Shown piece after piece: positions 28,093 to 36,795 of a DNA stretch of 64,000 bases. The stretch comes from Patescibacteria group bacterium (GTDB lineage Bacteria; Patescibacteriota; UBA1384; 2-12-FULL-50-11). The DNA is taken from NCBI GenBank assembly GCA_038058635.1, contig JBBUAP010000001.1, forward strand, positions 295,877 to 359,876, read 5' to 3'. How positions within the stretch are numbered: the first letter of the stretch is position 1; the number at the start of each line of letters is the position of its first letter. A program made the position numbers and the translations under genes. The notes beneath the pieces are model-generated. The model was not told the origin of the DNA. It was given only the letters and a program-made list of their open reading frames with translations, and did no database searches.

Positions 28093-30681
28093 ATGTCGCT
28101 TTTGAGTCGTTTTTTTGGCGACGCTAATAAAAAGGAAGTCGGTCGTTTTCAAGCCGTCGTTGATGAGACTAACGCAGTTGAACCAGAGCTTGAAGCTAAG
28201 ACTGATCTTGAGCTTAAAGAACTTTCCATTGAACTGAAAGGCGAGCTGTCTAAGACATCGGCCACTATTTTTGCCGACACCGAAATAATCCCCGATCGCC
28301 AAGAGCGCAACAAGGAACGCAAAAAACTGATTAATAGTATTCTGCAACCTAAAGAAGCATATGCCTATGCCCTGGTGCGCGAAGCGGCCAAGCGAACGAT
28401 TGGATTACGGCATTACGATGTCCAAATCCTGGGAGCAGCCGTCTTAAACCAAGGCCAAATCAGCGAAATGAAAACCGGCGAAGGTAAAACGCTGGTGGCC
28501 AGCTTGCCGCTCTACTTAAACGCCCTGACCGGCCTCGGCGCCCATTTGGTGACTGTCAACGACTACTTGGCCCGACGCGACGCCGGTTGGATGGCCCCGG
28601 TTTACACCTTCCTCGGCTTGTCTGTCGGTGTGATTGGACCACAATTCTCTTATTTGTTTGATCCCGAAGCCGACAGCGGTGAGACGGATGAGCGGCTGAA
28701 GCATTTTAGGACTGTCTCGCGCCAAGAAGCCTATCGAGCTGATATCACTTACGGGACGAATAATGAATTCGGTTTTGATTACCTGCGTGACAATATGGTC
28801 CAAACCGCCGCCCAGATGTCTCAAAGAGAACTAGCATATGCTATTGTTGATGAAGTCGACTCAATCTTGATTGATGAAGCTCGAACCCCGTTGATTATCT
28901 CCGCTCCCAGCTCAGAATCGGCCGAACTCTACCAAACTTACGCCAAGATTATCCCCAAACTGAAGAAGGAAACTGACTTTACGGTTGATGAGAAAGCACA
29001 TGCCGCCTCTCTTACCTCTGACGGTATTGCTCGCCTGGAAACGCTGATCGGCGTCGAGAATCTTTACGCGCCTGAGCATGTGGAATTAGTTCATCATGTC
29101 GACTCCGCCTTAAAAGCATATACCCTCTACCTAAAGAATAAAGAATATGTTGTCAAAGACGGCGAAATTGTTATTGTAGACGAATTTACCGGCCGTATGT
29201 TACAAGGTCGCCGATACTCGTCTGGCCTCCATCAAGCGATCGAAGCTAAGGAGGGGGTCGCCGTTAAAGAGGAGTCAGTCACGCTAGCGACAGTGACTTT
29301 CCAGAATTATTTTCGGCTTTACGCCAAGCTCGCTGGAATGACCGGTACGGCCGTGACCGAAGCGGAAGAATTTTCTAAAATCTATAATTTGGAGGTGGTG
29401 GTCATTCCGACTCATCGACCGCTGACCAGAATTGACCGCCAGGATGTCATTTTCAAAACCGAGACCGCTAAATTTAATGCCGTTACTGCCCTCATCAAAG
29501 AACGCAATCTTGATGGTCAACCGGTGCTGGTGGGTACGGTCTCAATCGCTAAGTCGGAAAGATTATCGAAATTTCTCAAGGCCGCTGGCGTTCCCCACAC
29601 GATCTTGAACGCCAAGCATCACCAAAAAGAGGGTGAAATTGTCGCCCAGGCCGGTCGGCTCGGTGGCGTCACGGTCGCGACCAATATGGCCGGTCGCGGT
29701 GTTGACATAATCTTAGGCGGCCAGCCACCACAAAAAAACGCTCCATCAGCCCAGTTCAAGCAATGGGAAGAGGATCACCAAAAAGTTTTGGAGTTGGGCG
29801 GTTTGTTTGTGGTTGGGACCGAGCGGCATGAGTCGCGTCGAATCGATAACCAGCTCCGCGGTCGGGCCGGTCGCCAAGGCGACACCGGTGTTAGTCAATT
29901 TTTTGTCTCGATGGATGATGATCTGATGCGGATTTTTGGCGGCGAGAAAATGAAGGGCTTGATGGAACGATTGAAGATTCCTGACGATGTCAGTATTAAT
30001 AATGTTCTCCTGTCTAAGGCGATCGAGCAGTCGCAAACTAAAGTTGAAACGCACAACTTTGATATTCGCAAACAGTTAGTGGAGTACGACGATGTCATGA
30101 ATAAGCATCGCGAGGCGATTTATCGTCGTCGAGAAGGGATTCTTAAAACCACCGCCGACCATGCGACCGATCTTCATCAAGAAATGATCGCCTTAATGAG
30201 CGACGAGCAAAGAGCTATTTATGAGCCAAAATACGCGCCGTGGCCAGAGGAGCTGAAGCTGGATGTAGAGCGAGCGGTCGGCTTACGCATTATTGATTTG
30301 CTCTGGATTGAGCACCTGAAAACGATGGAGTCGCTCCGCGAGAGTATCGGTTTGCGTGGTTACGGCCAGCGCGAGCCGATTGTCGAGTACAAACGCGAGG
30401 CCTACGACTACTTCCAACAGCTTCAAGCCAATATCGACGCCCAAATTGTTGATCTGCTTTTACGAGCCCAGATTGAAGCTAACGAGCCGGTCAAGCAGGT
30501 AGCGACACCGCAACAAGTGATGACTAACGACCCGTCTGACCAGTCGGCCGCGCCGATCAATCAGAGTAAAAAGGTCGGTCGGAACGACCCTTGTCCATGC
30601 GGAGCAATTAATCCTGCTACCAGCAAACCCTACAAGTACAAGCAGTGCGGACTCATTTCGGCTCCGCACCATCGAGGCTAA
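28093..30681 (+). CDS. secA: Preprotein translocase SecA
   Basis: EMKTGEGKT, VDEVDSILIDEARTPLIIS, ATNMAGRG, RHESRRIDNQLRGRAGRQGD, GRNDPCPCG. Confidence 0.98.
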   Translation: MSLLSRFFGDANKKEVGRFQAVVDETNAVEPELEAKTDLELKELSIELKGELSKTSATIFADTEIIPDRQERNKERKKLINSILQPKEAYAYALVREAAKRTIGLRHYDVQILGAAVLNQGQISEMKTGEGKTLVASLPLYLNALTGLGAHLVTVNDYLARRDAGWMAPVYTFLGLSVGVIGPQFSYLFDPEADSGETDERLKHFRTVSRQEAYRADITYGTNNEFGFDYLRDNMVQTAAQMSQRELAYAIVDEVDSILIDEARTPLIISAPSSESAELYQTYAKIIPKLKKETDFTVDEKAHAASLTSDGIARLETLIGVENLYAPEHVELVHHVDSALKAYTLYLKNKEYVVKDGEIVIVDEFTGRMLQGRRYSSGLHQAIEAKEGVAVKEESVTLATVTFQNYFRLYAKLAGMTGTAVTEAEEFSKIYNLEVVVIPTHRPLTRIDRQDVIFKTETAKFNAVTALIKERNLDGQPVLVGTVSIAKSERLSKFLKAAGVPHTILNAKHHQKEGEIVAQAGRLGGVTVATNMAGRGVDIILGGQPPQKNAPSAQFKQWEEDHQKVLELGGLFVVGTERHESRRIDNQLRGRAGRQGDTGVSQFFVSMDDDLMRIFGGEKMKGLMERLKIPDDVSINNVLLSKAIEQSQTKVETHNFDIRKQLVEYDDVMNKHREAIYRRREGILKTTADHATDLHQEMIALMSDEQRAIYEPKYAPWPEELKLDVERAVGLRIIDLLWIEHLKTMESLRESIGLRGYGQREPIVEYKREAYDYFQQLQANIDAQIVDLLLRAQIEANEPVKQVATPQQVMTNDPSDQSAAPINQSKKVGRNDPCPCGAINPATSKPYKYKQCGLISAPHHRG

Positions 30682-31484
30682 TGCCCTCAATTGATTTCGA
30701 CGATTTACTAATCCAGGCCGATCGGTTGCGTGATAGCGCCGAGATTGACGAAGCTATTAATGCCTACAAGGAAATTGCCCAATTAGCCACTGATGCTCAC
30801 GAAACCTATTTCAAGGCTCGGGCCTGGCACATGGCTGGTGTCTCGGCCAAAGCGGCCGTTATTAATATCGATAGTTCGTATTATCGCGATGCCCTCAATT
30901 TCTTCGCTTCAGCCGAGGCGCTCTATATTACTCTCGGCGATCAAACCCTGCTTGGGGCGCTCTATCGCGATATAGCCAGCTGCGGCGATTACGCTGGTGA
31001 CTCCCAAACGGCCGTCAACTATTTTCAGAAAGCGATTGAAATCCTTGAACCAACCGACTCTTTCGGCGAATTGGCCATCACTTACGATAAATTGGGATTA
31101 CATTTTTCCAAACTCGGCCAACCCCAAGAAGGCCTGGCCTTTATCGATAAAGCTCTCCAGCTACTCAAAAAAGAACCGACGGCCGGTTTCTATCGAGCGA
31201 CAACTTTGTTTGACGGCGCCAAAATTCAAATTCGGTTAGGCAACTTCGACCGTGCCTTTGAGCTAGCCGAGGAGTCGTTGGGTTGGTTTGAAGCTGATCA
31301 TCCCAACCGCGATTACGCCCGACGCCGAGCCCAACTATTCGGTGTGCTGGCGGCCATTAAGAACGAGCTCGGCGAGCAAAAAGCGGCCGAACAGTACTAC
31401 CAACAGTATCAAGAATTACTCAAGAATTTTGACCCGCTGGCAATTAAGGTCATTGAAAAAGAGCTGCAGTTTCTCGCTACCTAG
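30681..31484 (+). CDS. Tetratricopeptide repeat protein
   Basis: Repeated helical TPR pattern (AVNYFQKAIEIL, GLAFIDKALQLL); TAATG overlap with secA. Confidence 0.8.
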   Translation: MPSIDFDDLLIQADRLRDSAEIDEAINAYKEIAQLATDAHETYFKARAWHMAGVSAKAAVINIDSSYYRDALNFFASAEALYITLGDQTLLGALYRDIASCGDYAGDSQTAVNYFQKAIEILEPTDSFGELAITYDKLGLHFSKLGQPQEGLAFIDKALQLLKKEPTAGFYRATTLFDGAKIQIRLGNFDRAFELAEESLGWFEADHPNRDYARRRAQLFGVLAAIKNELGEQKAAEQYYQQYQELLKNFDPLAIKVIEKELQFLAT

Positions 31485-31524
31485 ATTTGCAACCAACGGG
31501 GGAGTTCTGTAATGATTACATCTG

Positions 31525-32901
31525 ATGACCAGTCTTGATCCCCAAGTCGAACTAGCTAAAACCGAGCCGATAGCAGATCCTACTAACCTCGATTCTTCAA
31601 GCACTCCTCGACCTCGACGAAAGAAGCGGGGTCTCGGTCGTTTTTTGCGTATTCTGGGCCCGGGAATTGTCACCGGTGCGGCTGACGACGATCCATCAGG
31701 CATCGCGACATACTCCCAAGCTGGAGCCCAATTTGGTTTCCAGCTGCCGTGGACAATGCTCTTTACCTATCCGCTGATGACAGCGGTGCAGGAGGCTTGC
31801 GCCCGCGTCGGTGCTGTGACCGGTAAGGGTCTGGCAGCCGTTGTTCGCGATCACTACTCAAAGAAAATTCTCTTCCCAGTTGTCGCTCTGGTTGTCGTTG
31901 CCAATACACTTAATATTGGTTCGGACATTGGTGCTATGGCCGCTAGTACCCGCTTGCTTCTACCCGGTGTTCCGTTTGTTGCTCTAGCTATTGGGTTTGC
32001 GGTTATTATCCTGCTACTCGAGATATTCATCTCCTATAAGGTCTATATCCGAATTCTCAAGTGGTTGGCGATAGTACTATTTGCCTATTTTATTACGGCT
32101 TTTATGATTCAGGTCCCATGGGCTGAAGTGCTGAAGGCGACACTTGTACCGCATATTGTTTGGAGCAAAGAATTTCTCTTTATTATTGTCGGTATTTTTG
32201 GCACCACAATATCACCGTATCTTTTCTTCTGGCAAACCAGTAACGAAGTGGAAGAAGAGATTGCCGAGAATCTGCTGACCGAAGAGGGCGCCAAGCCCAA
32301 AGTTACCAAGGGTTTCATAAAACGGATGCGAATCGATACGGCCGTGGGGATGTTGTTCTCGAATGTCGCCGCCTGGTTTATTATTGTTGTTGGCGCCGTC
32401 GTCCTCAATCACGGCGGTATTACCAACATTACATCGGCCGCTGACGCTGCTCGAGCTCTGGAGCCACTTGTAAACACTTTTCCAAACGCAGGTTTCTTGG
32501 CCAAATTGATCTTTAGTATCGGGGTAATCGGCATCGGTCTTCAAAGTATCCCAGTTCTGGCTGGCTCATCGTCCTACGCTGTGACGGAGGCGTTCGGTTG
32601 GAAAGAAGGGCTTTACCGCAAGTTCAAAGATGCCCGAAATTTCTACCTGGTTATTATTGCTGGCACCCTGATCGGACTGTCATTCAACTTTATCGGCCTT
32701 GACCCAATCAAGGCACTGATTGCTACTGCTGTCTTTAACGGGATCGCCGCCGTGCCTCTAATCTACCTAATTGCTCGTGTTTCTAGCCGCGAAGATGTCA
32801 TGGGTGAGCACAAAAGCGGGGTCTGGTCGAAACTCGGTCTATGGATTGCTTTCACGGTCATGGGTGTCTTCGCCGTGGCGCTACTACTCTCGTTCATTTA
32901 G
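31525..32901 (+). CDS. Nramp-family divalent metal transporter
   Basis: LGPGIVTGAADDDPSGIATYSQAGA, GTTISPYLFFWQ. Confidence 0.92.
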   Translation: MTSLDPQVELAKTEPIADPTNLDSSSTPRPRRKKRGLGRFLRILGPGIVTGAADDDPSGIATYSQAGAQFGFQLPWTMLFTYPLMTAVQEACARVGAVTGKGLAAVVRDHYSKKILFPVVALVVVANTLNIGSDIGAMAASTRLLLPGVPFVALAIGFAVIILLLEIFISYKVYIRILKWLAIVLFAYFITAFMIQVPWAEVLKATLVPHIVWSKEFLFIIVGIFGTTISPYLFFWQTSNEVEEEIAENLLTEEGAKPKVTKGFIKRMRIDTAVGMLFSNVAAWFIIVVGAVVLNHGGITNITSAADAARALEPLVNTFPNAGFLAKLIFSIGVIGIGLQSIPVLAGSSSYAVTEAFGWKEGLYRKFKDARNFYLVIIAGTLIGLSFNFIGLDPIKALIATAVFNGIAAVPLIYLIARVSSREDVMGEHKSGVWSKLGLWIAFTVMGVFAVALLLSFI

Positions 32902-32948
32902 CGTCGTTACCCTTTTTAGTTTAAGCCGTCACTGGTATTCTGTAACTA

Positions 32949-33698
32949 ATGCAGGAGATTCTGACTGTCGGTTCACCAAAACTGGCTCGACCCGTGACTG
33001 ACACCAAGGTCAAGGTGCCATTAATTGAGATGAAAGCAGCCACCAAGAAATACGGCGCTCGAGCCGCCGTCAGTGATGTCACGCTAGTAATCTACGAAGG
33101 GGAGTTTGTTTGTCTGGTTGGTCAGTCGGGAGTCGGTAAAACCACTTTGATTAAGTTTCTGACCAAGCAGGAGTCGCCTAGCTCTGGCTCGGTCTTTGTG
33201 GCTGGTCGAAATTTGGCTGATTTGCGTGGTAGTGAACTGCCGTATTATCGCCGCAAGATTGGTGTAGTGTTCCAGGATTTTAAACTGCTTCCGCAAAAGA
33301 CAGTTTTTGAGAATGTCGCCTTTGCCCTGGAAGTTTGTGGCGTCGCTCGGGCTGATATATTAAGACGCGTCGAGAAGGTTTTGGATTTAGTCAATTTAGG
33401 CCGACGCAAGAATAACTATCCGAGCGAACTCTCTGGAGGTGAGCGTCAGCGAGCCGCGATTGCCCGGGCCTTAGTTCACGGCCCTAAACTCCTAATTGCT
33501 GATGAGCCAACCGGCAATCTTGATCCAGTTAATACCTTTGAAATTATCGATTTACTTTACCGAATCAATCAAAAAGGAACAACGGTGATTTTAGCGACTC
33601 ACAACCGCCAAGCCGTCGATCGGATTCAAAAAAGAGTTCTCCTAATGAAATCCGGTAAATTAGTCAGTGACCAAAAAATGGGGAAGTACGTGATATGA
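32949..33698 (+). CDS. ftsE: Cell division ATP-binding protein FtsE
   Basis: GQSGVGKT, RRKIGVVFQDFKLL, LSGGERQR, ADEPTGNLD. Confidence 0.94.
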   Translation: MQEILTVGSPKLARPVTDTKVKVPLIEMKAATKKYGARAAVSDVTLVIYEGEFVCLVGQSGVGKTTLIKFLTKQESPSSGSVFVAGRNLADLRGSELPYYRRKIGVVFQDFKLLPQKTVFENVAFALEVCGVARADILRRVEKVLDLVNLGRRKNNYPSELSGGERQRAAIARALVHGPKLLIADEPTGNLDPVNTFEIIDLLYRINQKGTTVILATHNRQAVDRIQKRVLLMKSGKLVSDQKMGKYVI

Positions 33699-33805
33699 CA
33701 AAAAGCTTTCAATTTTTTAGCAGCTGGCAACTAGCTACTAGCAACTGGCCAAATGAATTAGTTCCAAGCCAAAAGCCAGGCGCTAGAAGCGAGAAGCTGC
33801 CGTAG
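33695..33805 (+). repeat. Heptamer-repeat cassette forming a 36-aa mini-ORF
   Basis: CTGGCAA-CTAGCTA-CTAGCAA-CTGGCCA ... AAGCCAA-AAGCCAG-GCGCTAG-AAGCGAG; ORF MTKSFQFFSSWQLATSNWPNELVPSQKPGARSEKLP starts in an ATGA overlap with ftsE. Confidence 0.75.
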
Positions 33806-33808
33806 GTC

Positions 33809-34723
33809 ATGGAAACCTTTCAGCGCATTGTTAAATTGGGACTGACCAACTTCTGGCGCAATCGCTGGCTGACGCTCGGAGCGACGCTGCTAATGACCTT
33901 AACGCTGATAATGATCTCGGTTTCATTGGTGCTAAGTTTGATTGTTCGGGATCTAGCCACCACCATCCGCTCCAAGATTGATCTAACGATATATTTCCGT
34001 GACGATGCGGTTGCCGATGAGGACATCACGGCACTCGGGGATCGGATTAAGCTTCAAAACGGCGTCGCTGAAGTTACTTTTACCGACAAGCGCGCTGCTC
34101 TAACGATTTGGAATCGCCTCCCGATTAACGAAAATATCAAACGGCCAGTTGGAGAAAGTTACAATCCTTTGCCCCGCAGTTTACAGGTTCGTGCTACCAA
34201 TCCCGACAACATTCAAGGCTTAGTTAGCACCATTGCCACCCAAGATCGTCAAAAAATTATTTGTAACGAATGTGTGTCATATTCCAAAAATAAAGAAACG
34301 GTCGATCGCCTGCTCTCGATCACCCGTTTTGTCCAACGGGCCGGCCTGTTTCTGAGTTTGTTTTTCGGCCTAATCGCCGTCTTTAATGTTATGAACATCA
34401 TTCGCATCACCATTAATGCTCGCTCGGACGAAATTGAAATTATGCGCTATGTCGGTGCTTCGAACGCTTTTGTCCGTGGTCCGTTTATCGTTGAGGGGAT
34501 TCTCTACGGCGTCTTGGGAACATTTTTCACGACCGCCTTTCTGCTCATCATTGCTTATTTTGTCTCGTCCTCGATCAACACCGTCTTTGCCAGTTTCGGC
34601 GTCGACTTCTTCCAACTAATTGTCGTTAATCTCTGGACTCTAGTCGGCATCCAACTGGCTATCGGCGTCCTCCTCGGCGTCATCGTCAGCTCCATCTCCG
34701 TCCGCCGCTTCCTTAAGGCTTAG
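33809..34723 (+). CDS. ftsX: Cell division permease FtsX
   Basis: NFWRNRWL, NPLPRSL, EIEIMRYVGASNAFVRGPFIVEG. Confidence 0.94.
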   Translation: METFQRIVKLGLTNFWRNRWLTLGATLLMTLTLIMISVSLVLSLIVRDLATTIRSKIDLTIYFRDDAVADEDITALGDRIKLQNGVAEVTFTDKRAALTIWNRLPINENIKRPVGESYNPLPRSLQVRATNPDNIQGLVSTIATQDRQKIICNECVSYSKNKETVDRLLSITRFVQRAGLFLSLFFGLIAVFNVMNIIRITINARSDEIEIMRYVGASNAFVRGPFIVEGILYGVLGTFFTTAFLLIIAYFVSSSINTVFASFGVDFFQLIVVNLWTLVGIQLAIGVLLGVIVSSISVRRFLKA

Positions 34724-34793
34724 ATGGTTCTTTGGTGTAATAGTGCAAGTTCGACATTATTTGTATTGACTTCTCTGGTACACTAAATAGATC

Positions 34794-35969
34794 ATGACAT
34801 TTGGAGAGCGTGTTGCTAGGGGCGTAGTTATTTTTGTCGCTGTGATTGGGCTGATTGGTTTATTGTCTCCACCCCAGGCTAATGCCGAGAGCTTGAGTCA
34901 ATTACTCCAACGCCAAGCAGAACTGCGTCGCCAGGCCGAGGAAAGTAAAAAGAAACTGGCGCAGACGAAAGTTATAGTCAACGACCTAACTGGAGTTATC
35001 GGTGGTCTTGATAGTGACATCGCTGAAACTGAAGGAAATATCAGTAATACTGAAGCCCAAATTGCTGTTTCCGAGGAAGTAATTAATGAATTGGCAGTTG
35101 ATATAGACCAAACCCAAACTGAACTTGATGGGTTGCAACTTAAATTACGCTACGCCTATATTTCACTCTACGAGCTCTCACAAGCCAGCCCGCTCGATAC
35201 ATTGTTAGCCTCCGAATCCCTAACAGAAATAATTTCACAGTCCCAGTATATTCAGTCCTTGCAGACAGAACTCCAGGGCAATATCGATAAAACTAACACC
35301 GCTAAAACTGAACTTGAAGGCAAGAAAAGCGAGAATGAGGCCCAAAAAGCCAATCTTGTCGGCTTGAAGCAGGGCTTAACAAAGTCCAAGAATTTTCTCA
35401 ACAGTCGTCGCGGACAAAAAACTACCTTACTGGCTCAAACCCAGGGTCAACAAATCCAGTACGAAGCCCTGCTAAAAAAACTTGATGCCGAGCATGCCAC
35501 TCTGTCTCAAGAGATTTATAACGAACGCCGACGCCTTGGTCAGGGAGAAACTGTCACTGGTGGAACGGGCGGCTATCCCTGGGCTGGCGAAGGGAATTTC
35601 TACGCCGCTGATCCCTGGTTATTCTACAAACGGCAGTGCGTTTCTTATACGGCCTGGAAGTTTCTCAATGTTTACGGACAGGTTTTCTATAACACCCGTC
35701 CCGGGCAGGGATCGGCTTGGAACTGGCCAGCACTGGCTCGCGATCAGGGCTATCAAACCAGTTCAACCCCGCGGGCTGTCTCGGTTGTTTCCTGGCCAGC
35801 CAACAATGCTCTGCGGATGCCGGTCGGCCACACCGCCTGGGTGGAATCAGTCAACCCTAACGGCACGATTAATATCAGCGAATACAACTGGGTAACAGAA
35901 CGCGGTTACAGCGAACGCCAGAATGTTGACCCATTCCGCTACGGCAACCCCACTTACATCTTCCCGTAG
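34794..35969 (+). CDS. Coiled-coil plus CHAP peptidoglycan hydrolase (PcsB/CwlO-like)
   Basis: Signal peptide, long coiled coil, RQCVSYTAW, GHTAWVESV, ISEYNW; follows ftsEX. Confidence 0.9.
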   Translation: MTFGERVARGVVIFVAVIGLIGLLSPPQANAESLSQLLQRQAELRRQAEESKKKLAQTKVIVNDLTGVIGGLDSDIAETEGNISNTEAQIAVSEEVINELAVDIDQTQTELDGLQLKLRYAYISLYELSQASPLDTLLASESLTEIISQSQYIQSLQTELQGNIDKTNTAKTELEGKKSENEAQKANLVGLKQGLTKSKNFLNSRRGQKTTLLAQTQGQQIQYEALLKKLDAEHATLSQEIYNERRRLGQGETVTGGTGGYPWAGEGNFYAADPWLFYKRQCVSYTAWKFLNVYGQVFYNTRPGQGSAWNWPALARDQGYQTSSTPRAVSVVSWPANNALRMPVGHTAWVESVNPNGTINISEYNWVTERGYSERQNVDPFRYGNPTYIFP

Positions 35970-35995
35970 AGACATCCTTGCGTTACTCTTAGAAT

Positions 35996-36202
35996 ATGTC
36001 GTTATCCAATGTCATTATCTTGGCGGTTTACGCTGGTTTCTTACTCCTCATCCTTATCATCAATCTCCTCTACTTCTTCCAGGTCTTTAAATATCGTCTC
36101 CCCGGCGACGCTTCAATTCCAGTTTTGCTGATTCACCTGATGTTGATTTTGGCCATACTAATTGTCAGCTCCCTTTATTTGGGAATTAGCTCGCTCTTAT
36201 GA
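35996..36202 (+). CDS. Small two-TM membrane protein
   Basis: Two hydrophobic helices around KYRLPGD; ATGA overlap with the next gene. Confidence 0.7.
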   Translation: MSLSNVIILAVYAGFLLLILIINLLYFFQVFKYRLPGDASIPVLLIHLMLILAILIVSSLYLGISSLL

Positions 36203-36795
36203 GTCATTTAATCAACGAAGAAGTTAACGCCAACGACCAGGCCTTTCTATACCTAAATTTGCATCCTGATGAACAGATTCTCTTTGTTGTCCGCCACCAC
36301 TGGGCCGGATTCTTGGCGACGCTCGGCCTGTTTATAGCGATGTTTATTTTCCCGGTTTTAATTATTTTCGTCGGTAAACTGCTCGCGGCCAACCAATTCT
36401 CGCAATACCACAGCTTTCTCGTCATGGGTTTGTCGGGCTACTATCTGTTTCTCCTAACATTCCTTTTCGGCAGTTGGTTAGACTTCTACTACGACGTCAT
36501 TTTTATTACCGGCGAGAGAATTTTAAATGTTAACCAAAAAGGTCTATTAGCCCGGGAAGTGTCAGAATTAAATATGCACCAAGTCCAAGATGTTTCGGCA
36601 AATATGGACGGTATTTTGCGCTCTTACTTCAACTTTGGGACGCTGACGGTCGAGACGGCCGGAGAGGGCACTTCTGACGACAAGGCCAGGCACGGGTTGC
36701 AGGGCTATTTCAGCGTCAGTGATATCCCTGACCCCAACCGAATTGCCCGGGTCATTTTGGAATTACACCGCAAGATAGTTAATGAGGAAGAGTAG
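36199..36795 (+). CDS. Membrane protein with bacterial PH domain
   Basis: EQILFVVRHHW, ITGERILNVNQKGL, VQDVS, NFGTLTVETAG. Confidence 0.85.
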   Translation: MSHLINEEVNANDQAFLYLNLHPDEQILFVVRHHWAGFLATLGLFIAMFIFPVLIIFVGKLLAANQFSQYHSFLVMGLSGYYLFLLTFLFGSWLDFYYDVIFITGERILNVNQKGLLAREVSELNMHQVQDVSANMDGILRSYFNFGTLTVETAGEGTSDDKARHGLQGYFSVSDIPDPNRIARVILELHRKIVNEEE

